Of a DNA stretch of 64,000 bases, positions 1 to 12,100 are shown piece by piece. Numbering within the stretch: the first letter of the stretch is position 1; each line of letters starts with the position of its first letter. The position numbers were made by a program, and so were the translations under genes. The DNA is from Isurus oxyrinchus (Eukaryota), in contig JANJGN010000036.1 in assembly GCA_026770705.1 (NCBI GenBank), positions 1,426,001-1,490,000 on the forward strand, in the 5' to 3' direction. The notes beneath the pieces were generated by a model. The model was not told where the DNA came from. It made no database searches and saw only the letters and a program-made list of their open reading frames with translations.

Positions 1-1189
1 GTTACACGCAAAGAATTAATTCACATTTTATTCTTGGAATTTAGAAGCCGGTGTGCGTTGTTCAAAGTTTTCAAGATAATACTGGAAACTGATAGGGCAG
101 ATAGAGAGACACAATTTCTACTGCTGGGAGAATGTAGAGCTAGGGAGACAGCCTGAAATCTAACATTTGTCACAAATCTTTACAAGGGTGAAAATAAGAA
201 ACCTTTCAAAACACAAAGAATGGTAGATGTTTGGAACTGGCTTCGCCAAAGAACCCTTCGCAACTTGTAATTTCTTCCAGTTCCACAATCCTCCCATATG
301 AGTGCCCTTCTAATTCTGTCTTCTTGACGATCCCCAATTTTAATAACCTCTTGCAGGAAAAGAGAGGAAGTGTTGAGTTACGGAGATAAGGCAAGGGAGT
401 GGGACAGGCAAAATGCACTTTCAGAGAGACAGTGTTGACCCGATGGTCCGAATGGTCCCCTGCTGCACTGAAATTACTCTGTGATTCTGCGATCATCTTT
501 GGCCGTGCCATAGGCTGCCCAAACCCTAACTAGGGAATTCGTTGGCTCAAAATTATTACCTCATTACCTGTCTCTCTTTCCTCTTTGAAGATACTCTCTG
601 AAATCGATCGCTTTGACGAAGCCGATAACTGAACTTAAAGTATCGGTCTTAATTTTTGCTCCATAAGGCTCTAGTGAAACACCTTATGACATTTTATTAC
701 GTCACTAAAGATGCTACCTGTGAGCATCTGTACATATCCAGTGCACTAAATGTAAAGGGAAAGTTTCACTCACATCTATTGCTGTACACCGTGTGTATCT
801 CAGTGCCAACTCTGAAACATGTAGAGAACAATCTCATCCTTTACTTGTGAGTCTCTATCTCCGTATCTCTCTCTCTAAAATACTTTCTTTATTATCTTAA
901 CAACAACAACTATACATAAAAACTGCTCCATTGCCGGTTAAGTGCTTTGGGATACCCTAATGTCATGCAAAATGCTTTATACATGCCCATCACTAAGATG
1001 CTCTGAAGACGTTCTCATTCAGTCTGTGACTCGAGTCAACTATAGATCAGGCCTCTCCATTTAAGACATTGTTCGACCATCTCTCTTTTTAACACTTACA
1101 GGAGCTTTCATCCGTCTTACATCGGTTTTGCTCAAATTCTTTAACCGATATTAATTAGTTGTTACTATATCATTCCTTAGGTATAGAGA

Positions 1190-1720
1190 AAAACACTTAT
1201 TTGAAACATACGAGTTCCTGGACATTATAAGTAGAATATAAAAGCAAGGAAGTTACAAAGAATCTTTTAAGAACGCTGCCTCCGCCTCAGCTGTGTGCAA
1301 TTCAGGGCACCACGCCTTAGGAAAAATGTGAAGGCATCAGATAATTTCCAGAAAAGGTTGATAAGAATTGCGCTGGGGCCTTCAGTTCCATGGATGTGTT
1401 GGAGAAGCGGGCGATGTTCTCCTTGGAGAAGAGAAGCTTGAGAGATTTGATAGAGGTGCTCAGAATCATGGGAGATGAGGATTTTTCTTTCACCCAGATA
1501 ATTGTGGGGTCCTGGAACACACTGCCTGAAACGATAGTAGAGGCAGTAATCCTCCAATCATTTAAAAGGTATCTGAACACCTTAGGTGCCAGAAGCAGCA
1601 GAGCCACGGACTAAATAATGCCAAGTGGGACTGCGTTAGGTGGCTCGATTTTCGGCCGACGCAGGCAGGATGTGTCAAGTGGCCTCTTCCTGTGATGTAA
1701 AATTTTTATGATCCTAAACA
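1190..1720 (+). mobile_element. Degenerate CR1 LINE 3' fragment
   Basis: Degenerate EYKSKEV / FSLEKRSLRDLIEV / WNTLPETIVEA motifs. Confidence 0.75.
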
Positions 1721-2183
1721 TGATGGACCAGAGAAACAACTTCAATTGGCAGAGGTGGAGGAAGGGGGATGGAGAAGCAGAACACACCGCTTCCGTGTGT
1801 GCATTTGCATATGTGTCACTGTGTGATTCACTGTTTGTCTCGCTGTGTGTCTGACTGTATACTTGTGTGTGAGTCTATGTGTCGCCATGTGTGTGTGTGT
1901 GCGCGCGCGTCGCTCTGCATGTTCTTGGCGCAACTGCCGCTGTCAATATTAACTTTCAAACGGAATTTAGGTAGATACATAAAGAGAATTAAAAAAAAAA
2001 AACAGCGACAGAAAATATAAAATATTAGTTCTGGAATTGATTTGGCATTGGGCGTGAAAAGCCTAAAGTCATGTCAGAATCAGCAGGGGTGGTCTTTTGT
2101 CTCAGGGTGAATGCATGAATTCAAAAGTGCCAAATCCTCTTTTCCGCGAACATATTCTCTACCTTTTGATTAAAGTAATACAA

Positions 2184-2202
2184 GCCCGCCCTCTGCTGGC
2201 AG
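2184..2202 (-). promoter_or_regulatory. CTCF-like motif (CCAGCAGAGGGCGG)
   Basis: Close to the vertebrate CTCF core consensus. Related copies occur in the macrosatellite units. Confidence 0.45.
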
Positions 2203-2437
2203 ACAGCATCCTCTGCACAGGCAGAGGGGAAATCATCAGGCGTTCACCAAGGGGGACGAGATTATCAATATTAAATGGGAGGAACATCAACGCAGCCGCA
2301 AATTCAGCGTGGAGCTAGAGTTGTCAATGTTTAACAGGACGCAGAGAAAAACCTGTAAAGGCTTCGAAAATTTTTTGAGAGATTATCTGACCTGCATTTT
2401 ACTAATTATTAATGTTAATTTTTAATATATTTCCCAG

Positions 2438-2515
2438 TCTGGGGGAGGATCTCTCTTTGCCTCCCTGGAGTTTGCTGCATTGGAAAGTAGATCAAAAAAG
2501 GTGGGTGGCAGATGA
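2438..2515 (+). CDS. Terminal exon of an upstream class-2 gene (SGGGSLFASLEFAALESRSKKVGGR*); the rest lies upstream or outside the window
   Basis: Acceptor atatttcccag. Exon and 3' flank align with 13708-13850. AATAAA at 2733-2738. Confidence 0.7.
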   Translation, partial: SGGGSLFASLEFAALESRSKKVGGR

Positions 2516-3449
2516 GAATCCGGGATGAATTCTCTCTATTAAATTGTGGAGGAGACAGAAATTGCCAAAGAATCTGCCGCACTTGCGCTCCAATTTCCAA
2601 ATTTCAGCATCAAGTTTAAGGCCAAACATCCAACTTTCCGCTCTCAACTCATTTTAACCGGACAAATCCTGATGCATTTTCCAAGCAGGAGATATAGAAG
2701 TGGGCAATGTTACACTGAACTCAAAACCGATAAATAAAACCTGGCAAACGCGTGTGCAAAACTTCAAATGATTTTGAAGACTTAGTCAGGCGGGAGACAT
2801 GAGGGTTTGTAAGGGGGTGAAAGAGTTGAAGAAAAGTATATGTTTTCCATAACATATACTTAATTAATGAAAATTTATAAATGCATTGCAGCAACTCGCG
2901 AAGGCCCCTTCAGCAGCACATTCCAAATCCGCAACCTCTACCACCTCAATGGAAAGGGGCAGAAGAAGGCACCACAATCTGCAAGTTGCAAAATAGCCAG
3001 ACATGGATTTATTTCCTCCTTCAAGGCTGGGTCAGAATCCTGGGACTCCTTATCTAATGGATTTGTGGAGCATCTTCGCCATTGAGACTGCAGTGCTTCA
3101 AGGACAGGGCTAAACACCACCTTCTCACGGGAAATTAGGTATGGGAATCAAATTCTTGTCTTGCCAGCGATGTTCAAATCCTATGAATAAATTATGAAAA
3201 CAGTAACACATTTTAACATAGGCTGTATCAGGAATGAATGAATCATTCGACTGGTATACACTCTCACAATTGTCTTCCTTACTTATCTTCAATAAAGAGC
3301 AGGAAATTGAAAGGAAATTTCCCAGAATTCACCATCAATCAAACTCAACATCACTCCTCCAAATTGATTTTCGGAACATCAAAGTATTAAAGGTTATCAC
3401 ACATTTAAAATGATATATCATGTGCCACAGCTTTCTGTCCGGCTATGAA

Positions 3450-3870
3450 ATTATTCAGTTGGCAACTCCCTTATCTCTGAATAAGGAGTTTGTGGGTTCA
3501 TGACCCACTTCAGATACTAATGGTCCCAGTACCAATACTGAGAAAGGGCTTCACTTTCGGAGGAGGAGTTTCTCAGGCGTGATTTTAAATCGTGTGTCTG
3601 TCAGCCATCTCTGATGGATGAAAAACGCCCAACAGCCACCATTTGAGGCTGGGGTGAAGTACTCACCTGTGTTCTGGGACAAATATTTACCTCTTAGTCA
3701 ATTCTGTCCATTATCACGCTGATGGTTGTGGGAGAAGCTTTGCGCAAATTGGCTTCTGCGTTTCCCACATTGCAAAAGAGATGACATTTCAAAAGAGAAC
3801 TTCGTTGACTGTCAATCGCTAGCGGATGCCCTGAGGTTGTGGAAGCTGCTATAGAAATGCACGTCTACCT
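3450..3870 (+). mobile_element. DeuSINE-like SINE (related copy at ~12770-13180)
   Basis: tRNA-like head (..gtgggttca..cccact..), central ctgtcagcc.tctc..g domain, and tail gctatagaaatgca. Family assignment is by recognition only. Confidence 0.55.
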
Positions 3871-3936
3871 TTATTATTAAAACTAGAGTTCTGATGCTAA
3901 ATAAGGGACCGAGCGGCCGGGCCATTTGAATGTGAT

Positions 3937-4402
3937 TCAAAAGTGTAAACTTATATTCCAGAGAATGATTTTAGAGAGAGATGGGGAGAGGGCGAATTTT
4001 GCATAAAACACAAACTTGTGGGGCCCGGATAACGAGGAAGATGAAGAATGTTGAAAGATTGGATACGAGAGCATTGGATGAAGTTTGCAAACGTTAGCAG
4101 AGTTGCAAAGGGACGCTTATTCTTTCAAGTGGAGAAGAATAATTCCAAGATAATTTAACGTTTTTTTCAGCAGGGATCCTTTCACACAGACTGGGGCTGC
4201 TGCTGTTTCCCCTCCTGTACACACGGGGCCGCTCTGCCGCCCTTCATGACGTTCTATACTCTCTGGTCCTCCCTCAGTCACCTCTTACCTTCCTGCTGAG
4301 CCCGGCCGATGTTCTGGGCATGACGTCTTCTCCGTTTATTCTTTAATGATCAAATCGTCAAAGGAATGAGAACCTCTGCCGATTATCTTCAGATTGAGAT
4401 AT
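3937..4402 (-). pseudogene. Probable class-1-related remnant: degenerate TM exon 4289-4402 and terminal exon 3937-4014 (FVFYAKFAL..)
   Basis: ..EVLIPLTI*SLKNKRRRRHAQNIGRAQQEG|GTAAG. Terminal exon VFYAKFAL resembles TFYARLAL of the intact gene, with acceptor ccacaag versus ccacag. Confidence 0.45.
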
Positions 4403-4519
4403 CTGCTTTCTCTCCGTACTGAAATGTGTCTGGGCCACTGCATAAATGGATCATAAATACACGTGTTTGCGCTGCAAACCAATATGGAGAAACAGGCTCC
4501 CTGATACTTGAAGGAAATA

Positions 4520-4928
4520 TGATCATTGTTTCCTATATATGTGCAAGAGTTAGCAATTCACACATACGGGATAACGTACCTGTACAAGTGAGGGATATAG
4601 AGAGGATCTTGGGTCGTTTTTACCTGCAAGAGTTAGCAATTCACACATACAGGATAATGTACCAGTACAAGTAAGGTTTATAGAGAGGATGATTGTGTCG
4701 TATACACCTGCAACAATTAGCAATTCACACATACAGGATAATGTAACTGCACAAGTTAGGGAAATAGAAAGGATCACTTTGTCCTTTTTAGCCGTAAGAG
4801 TTAGCAATTCACACAAGCATGATATTGTATCTGTACAAGTGAGGGATATAGAGAGGATCATTGTGTCGTATATACCTACAAGAGTTAGCAATTCACACAT
4901 ACAGGGTACTGAACCTATACAAGTGAGG
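4520..4928. repeat. 84-bp minisatellite, ~5 copies
   Basis: tagcaattcacac recurs at 4551, 4634, 4718, 4802, 4886. Confidence 0.92.
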
Positions 4929-5649
4929 AAGGCTGCGGATGATGACTGTGTGTGCATGCGTTTGAGACAGACGGGGAGAGATATTTCGACAGGTACAGTA
5001 GAGGGACATTGAACAATGTGAAGATGCCTGTGGAGTGTGCGATTTATTTTAATATAATCTGTGTTAATCAGCTATTATCTTACATTTGCACATGTCATCA
5101 CGTGCCTGAGCCGTCACCACACATCATGTTTAGAGTATTGCATAGCAACCGAAATCCCCGGCAAATCATTGTTTGGGGGAGGGGGGATTGCTTCCGACAT
5201 CACCCCTGGACGCCTGCCTTAATTTAAAGTTAATGACCCCTTGATCTGGACTCCACCCTCTCACCACCACCCCCGGTCTCTGGCCCCGCCACATACAGAC
5301 ACCCCACCCGCGGTAGTTAATAATATTTCTCTCACCACTCAAATTAATTTAACCAATCCCGCTTTTGGTTGAGAGTCTCCGATGCTTTACATTGAAAGTT
5401 AAATAAGTGACCGCGACAACAGTGGATCCCTTTGGAAAGCAGATAGTACGGATTGGAGTTCTCCATACTTTGCCGACTTCCCATTGACGTCGATTTGGAT
5501 ACAGCCAAATACCTTCCTGGAGAAAGAGTCTGCCGACGGCATTACTCCCTCAGATTAAACTTTTGTTTATTTTGTTAGGGGGCAGCGAGTTTCCAGATAG
5601 AGCAATAACAGAGATTGGGGCGCAGATGAAGATGATCAATATAGACTCT

Positions 5650-6600
5650 TAATACCCTCTGTTACCGGGAGAAATATTCCTTGCAAACTCAAACAATGTG
5701 CAGACAAAATATCAAACAACATTACTGGCTGTAAATCCAAGCAGGCGAGGTAAACGTATTAAAACATATAAGATTCTGACAGGGTTTCGCAGGGTGGATG
5801 CTGAGAGGATGTTTGAACTCGTTGGGGAATGTCGAGATAGGGTCACAGTTTCACAATAAGCGATCCCCCATTTATGATGGAGATACGGGGGAATTCCTTC
5901 TCTAGGTTTGTCGTTAGTTTATTGGAGTTCGCTTCCATAGAGAACACTGGAGGCTGGGCCATTACATATATTCAAGGCTAAACTGGGCGGATTTCGATTT
6001 AACAAGGGAGCCTATGGTTATGAACAGGAAGTGCACTTGAGGCCACAATCAGATTAGCCAAGAACTTTTTGAATGGCAGTGCAGGATCGAGAGCCTACTC
6101 GTGCTCCAATTTGTTCTGATCGTTTCATCTTCGGTCACTTGAAACACATGTTGTGATGGTAATTGTTCATTTGTCTCAGAATCAATCTGAATAGAACGTG
6201 CAAAATATTAAAGCATCCATACCATGCGAATGGGTGTTTGGATTGAACTGATTTGGACTCAGTGTTAAATGCCGCGAAATTGTTAGTGATTATTTTTTTA
6301 AAAATAGTTCAGTTAGTCTCTTTTCTTTGTGGGAGATATTCACTCTGTTTTCGGGGTCAAGCCAATTAATATTTTAAAACGACGCACACTAAACAAGTGC
6401 TTATCAAAACATTTCTGTTCAACCTCAATACTCACCAGCTCAACCGCTTTACTGAATCCAAATCCGAATAAGGGTGAAGAGTAGAACCCGGATACTGGTG
6501 ACAGTTATGGCAAAGGAACAAAATGCACCATCCCAACCGAGACAAATTATTTAGAAACTGCTGCTTGATAAACCATTCTTTTATGGGACTCCCTCTTGTG
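5650..6600 (-). pseudogene. Inverted class-2 remnant: TM exon 6436-6532 and cytoplasmic exon remnants (~6320-6345, ~5650-5690)
   Basis: Reverse complement gcagcagtttct..GATGGTGCATT..GTTCTACTCTT..AAAGCGG..|GTGAGT aligns with TM exons 11273-11365 and 44029-44130. 'tcccacaaagaaaa' matches 'tcccacaatgaaaa'. Intron sequence also aligns. Confidence 0.7.
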
Positions 6601-8224
6601 ACACTTCAGCCAGTTATAAAGTCAAAGCAGCAAATGCGAGCTGCAAATTCTCTGCAAGACTCCATAGTAACCCATGTCGATGAATCTTCAGGAGAATGCT
6701 GAGGGACGGAAGCTGGGAGTGAAGCGCGAGATGCATTCATTTTCATGTGATGAACTTGATGCAATGAATTATTCGCAGAATGAGTTCTCAAGTCAGCAGA
6801 CAGTGTTGTTACTCAGTGAGTGTCTGAACTGTTCTTCAGAAATGGTTGACCTTGAATAAGAAGGAAGTGAGTCAGTGAACATTCCAGCAGAGAGCGGGGC
6901 TGGGCAGCAAAGAGACTCATTGGCAGTGACCGCGGCTGTTTACTGCAGGGCTCAGAAAGACGCCTCGCTCACAGCCCATTCAGGGGCTTTGCAAAACATA
7001 TCGGTTGGCGTGATTCGCTGGCCAAGATTATGACCGATCTTCGCTTGAGATGGAATATTATACTCATTCCAGAAGCTGTCGTTGCTTTTCGTGTTTTTAC
7101 AGTCGAGGCGCTTCATGTACAGAACCGCCTGCATTTGACGCAATCTTAAACCGCAGACAGAAGAGCTTTTGCCATCCTGGGTATATTCAGTTGAATAGAG
7201 AACAGGCTGGTTTACATTCACCTTATTTACAGTGTCCTTATCGACCTGACACTGGGTCACTCTTTACGTGCGATCACCGATATTTGATAAAAAAGAAACT
7301 GGTCCCCAATATTATGCACAAATGATGCATTCCCCTCTTCAGAGCTTTAGGAGATTGTAGTTTGTTCCATCTATACACAGGCAGCACTGCAACCAATCGC
7401 CAATACTGCCACTGCCTAGAAAGACAGGGGAAGAGGGGGAAAATGAGCACCACCAACTCCAATTACCGCCTCCCCACCCGCCCCCCCCCCCCCCCACCGC
7501 CCCCCCCCCCCCCCCCCCCATCCCCAAGACAAACACTATCCTGGTTTGGAGTTTTATCCCCGTTCCTTCACTGTATCGGGGTCAGAGTCCTGGAACTCAT
7601 TCCCTGAGTACTCTTGGCGTATCTGTACCAGAGGGACTGCTGCTCTTCAAGCAAGCGACTTACCACCTCCTCAAGGGGCAATTGGGGATGGGCAATAAAC
7701 GCCCATGAACGGATGCAAATAAATTAACGGACTATTGCTTTCAGCAAAAGTCAAAGGGAAGTATGTGTATATATCGGAGCATCATAAACCTTTCACCCAC
7801 TGTCCCTCAGTTTCACTGCTCTAGAAAATTTTCTCATTGCAAATTCGCGGAGACTCTCGCTGCTCGGCTAGCGCTGATTCCCGGCTGACAATTATTTTCC
7901 ATCATATCCTAACGCGGCTGTTTAGAAAGAGGAGCAACATTCCGCTAGGAATGAGGAAGATCGGAAATCTTTTTCCCGAGGTTACTAGCAGATTTTCAGG
8001 CTGGGAATATACCCAGTATGTATTGGGGGTTTGTAATTGCGGCCTCATTTTGGCGCTTTCTTCAAAATCATGTCCACTCTTATTGCCGCTGGTTCTGTGA
8101 GTCGGTTCTACCCGAGTTATTTGCTGTGAAGCCGCTCTTTCAGCAGCAGAAAGCGGGAGTGTCCTGCCGGTTCAGGATCTAAATCTAAACGCGGAAAATA
8201 GAGGCCTCAGGTTCTCAAATAGTA

Positions 8225-8428
8225 ATAGAAAATGTTGGAAAATTCAGCTGGTCTGGCAGCAACTCTAAAAACAGAAAATGCTGGAGAAACTTACCTGGTC
8301 TGACACAGATACTGACGTAACATTTCGAGTCCGTATGACCCTTCTTCCAAATCTTCCCACTGAGTTTTTCCAGCATTTTCTCCTTTTATTACAGATTTCC
8401 AGCATCCGCAGTATTTTGCTTTTATCTT
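8225..8428 (-). mobile_element. PLE terminal-repeat derivative (degenerate hammerhead core)
   Basis: tttcgagtccgtatgacccttc core with gctggaaaaactc / gagtttttccagc-type arms, as in the other copies. Confidence 0.6.
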
Positions 8429-9178
8429 GCCCTCAGGTACTGGTCTGTCTCCTACGCGGTTCAAACGGTTGGTAATTCGCTTTGTGAATATTTTTATTCG
8501 AAGCTCCATTTTGTGCAGTTGCCTGAGACCTTAATTCGAAAAATTGCAAATCAGCAGCTGGACTAGGAACATAAGTCAGAACAATAACGGTATGATCTTT
8601 TCTAGAACCTTGTACCGGCCACACTTGGACTAACTGTGCACATTTCTGGACTGCATTTTATAAATCGAATATTGAACTGGAGACGGTGCAAAGAAAATTG
8701 ACAAGGCTGATACCAGAGCTGAGGGGTTAAACTAACAGGAACGATTGAATGGGTTAGGTCTTTTTTCACCAAACACAAGGCAGAGGAGCGACCTGACAGA
8801 CCTAAAACTGGCTCACCGCCACCTTCCCAAAGTCAAATCGGGATGACTAAATTTCAATGAAACATTACGTGTAATATTTACGATTATTATTCTGCCACTC
8901 CATCTGAGGGCCAACCCAGTAAATGTCTTCATAAACATGCTGCCACTTGACCACTGTGACGCACAGACGATGACCACAGTGAGTCAAACGCACGTGACCT
9001 TTACCAGGTCACCGGAGCCAAAATGGTGTCATACTTTCCATAACATAGCTCGTCATAGTTTGCACCGCATCTGAAAGGGAAGCAACTCACAGGGACTGAG
9101 CTCAGGTCAGTCTGCGGCGTCTCGACCTGTAGTAACAAACTGGTGAGAGCGAAAACAAGGAGAACTCATGGCGTCAAG

Positions 9179-12100
9179 ATGTCCAAGGAATCGTTATCTC
9201 TGATATTCATTTTCCAAATGCTGCCGCTGTTTGTTGAGCAATGGGCGGCTTAGAATTTTAAAACGAAATCAGCCAGAATCTGTGTTTCGCAAAGTAAAAA
9301 TGTGACCTAGTGAGCAGTGGCATGGATTTGACCTGATCATATGAGTTTATCCACTCTTTTCTCCGAGAAAGCGAAGGAATGAAATTGGTGAGTTAATCTG
9401 ACCACGAATAATTAAAGGCATTGATGTGACTGTTGTGAAATAACAGGCGAAGTCTTTCAAAGCGGCTGCTTTCAATCTCTCAATATCGAGCCGTACTGTA
9501 ACAATACTCTCGCTACTTACAGAATCCGACGCTCTGTGTCTCAGAGCCCTTTCATAATGACAGCTGAATTCGGAGAGACGGTGGGATTAATCTGTCACGA
9601 CATTAAAGAAGTGGAGTTGGTGTCTAGATATTTCTGGTACAAACAACATGTGGGGGAAGCCCCGATACTAATCGACAGCCAGTCTTGTCAGCGAGTCGAT
9701 TGTAAGTTTATTTCCAAAAAAGGCAAAGGCGAAAATCTGTTAACTTTGGAAATTCGCAATGTCCATGTGAATGACTCCGGCTCCTACTACTTTTAGGGGT
9801 AGCAATGCATCGCTCCAGAACCGAATAACACTACTGGTTGGAGGTAAGAGAGCAAGTGAAATCAATTCAGATCATGCACAGCATTATCATTTGGAGCAAG
9901 TTTATCGTCACTGTGTACCAAACTCTGCCCAGACAGTTCCACCAACAAGAGGCTGTGCGGGTGTTTGTCACGCCAGTGATCTGCATTTGAGGGAAACCGT
10001 CCGCTTAGTGTCTTTGGACAGTAGTGTTTCTTCCAAGCAGATTGCAATTTCTTTAGTATTTCCAGCCTGGTCACCGAGGGACCGAGAGATCCCGGTACAA
10101 TGGAGGCGGACGGGACCTACAGCATCAGGAGTCACGTCATGGTGTCGAGGGAAACCTGGAAAACTGGCAGTGTCTGCACCTGTATTGTTCAACTAGGGTC
10201 TCCAAACAAATATTTGACAAAAAGCGTGTCGTTCCCCAATGCAGCAGAGGCAGGGAGAGGTGAGTTGGTGATCTGTCCGATGAACGTTTTAATTCAACTT
10301 TAGAGTCAATTTGAGAAATTAAGTAGCTTTTTAGAATTTGCAGGCTGTAAAATAATCTATATATATATATATATATAAAATACCAAGTTATAATAAGCTT
10401 GGGTTACCTTAACCTCAGATGTTGGCTTGTTCTTCTGAACAATTTATGGGCTTGTCTTATATTTTTCCATCACATAGTAGAATCCTAGAACGATAGATGT
10501 AGAAAGAGGGAATGCGGCCCATCGTAACTGTGCTATCTCTTTTTAAGAGTTTTCCAACTGGTTCCACCCTTTCACTACAACACTACCATATTTTCCTCTA
10601 CAAATTAGAATGTGATTTTCCTTCTCAAATTTATTGTTGAATCTACTTCAGCCGCCCATTTCAGGCAATATATCTTGGAATGAAATTGATGTCAGTTCCA
10701 CACTGGATGCACTTTACAAGCAGGAAACAGCCAAGAGTGCATTGGGGAGGGTGTACATGAGATTTACCAGAATGGGATCAGGGATGAGGGACTTCAGTTA
10801 ATGTGCAGAGACTGTAGAAACTGACATTGTTGTCTTCAGATAAGAGGAGATGAAGGGGGTAGATTTAAACCAGCCGGTCAAAATCATGAGAGGTTACAAT
10901 AGACTAAATAAGAAGAAACTGGTACTGCTAGCAGATGGATCGCTAACCAGAAGGACACAGAATGAAGATTTTAAAATAAGCGATTTGTTGTGATCTGGAA
11001 GGCGCTGCCTGAAAAGGTGATAGAAGCAGATTTAAAAGGAACTTTCAAAAGGGAAATTAGATAAATGATGATGGAGAGATATGTTCATGGATATTGGACG
11101 AAGAGCAGGGAGAATAAGACTAATTACATGCCTCTTTCAAAGGGCCTACACTGGAACGACCGCAAGAATGGAATGCTTCTCGGCCTCCTTTTGGATCACG
11201 TTTCCCATCAGAGAATCCCAGAAGAAGAATCATTTCACCGAGCAGCAGTTTCGAAGTATTTTGTCCCTGTAGGATGGTGCAATTCGGCCCTTATTGTTAG
11301 CATAATTGTCCTGGTGATGCTCTTGGTCGTTATTTCCATCAGGATTAGTAAAAGTGGCAGATCAGATGAGGGTTAATATTCATCAGGGATGTTTTTTTTT
11401 TCTCTATCTGATTCGCTTCTCGCAGTTTTAAATTGCTAATTTACTTTCTGCTTCCAGGATAACGCGACAAGAGATCCCACAATGAAAATTGAGTAACTGA
11501 ACCATTTGAAATGTTCACATCGAACAGCATCTCTATATTTATGACTGGGTCTAACCCAGTTCAACCCCAACAATGATTCCAATGGTATATGCTAACGTTT
11601 TTCATGAGCTTTTAAGATTAATACGAACAATTTTCTTCTCAGCTAATTTTGGTGCCCACGCCAGGATTCACAATACATAACACGTGTTTGAAATTTTTGT
11701 TCGCATTCAGGTTTAACCTGGGAGAGAGAAGACAAAGACAGCGACAGAATGAGGAACAAACGGGTAAGTCCCAGTGACATGTTGGCACTGGTTAAATCTC
11801 AGTGGGTGGAATAGGAAAAAAGCGTAAGAGCATTTACCGCCATCAAATTGTTCCACAATCACAGGGCTTTCTCTGGGTCCCATGGCAAATGTCATTTTCT
11901 GATTACTAAGGGTGGAAATAATACATCAGTTGGGCAATAGTCGCCAGGCACTTTTGGTAGACAATGCTTGTCTATCCATTGGCGAATTTAACTTCACTGA
12001 AGTGTTGAGGAAACTTCCGTGTATTGGGCGGACCTCCTGTGGATTGGGGGCCTGTTGACATTTTGGGGTCCTTTTGTGCATTGGCAGAACATTAGCGAAT

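Noticed and set aside
7050-7325. ORF with faint CXC-chemokine or THAP-like words (FCHPGYIQ, GLHSP, TCDH)
   Set aside because: Diagnostic Cys spacing, signal peptide and exon structure are absent.
8952-8981. Inverted heptamer pair CACTGTG..CACAGTG upstream of the class-2 leader, as possible RSS
   Set aside because: No nonamer seen at the 12- or 23-bp spacings checked, not adjacent to a V/J end, and not conserved in the paralog at ~41180-41208.
11065-11376. 103-aa ORF as an independent membrane protein
   Set aside because: The N-terminal part is CR1 and intron sequence. Only 11273-11365 is the TM exon of the class-2 pseudogene.
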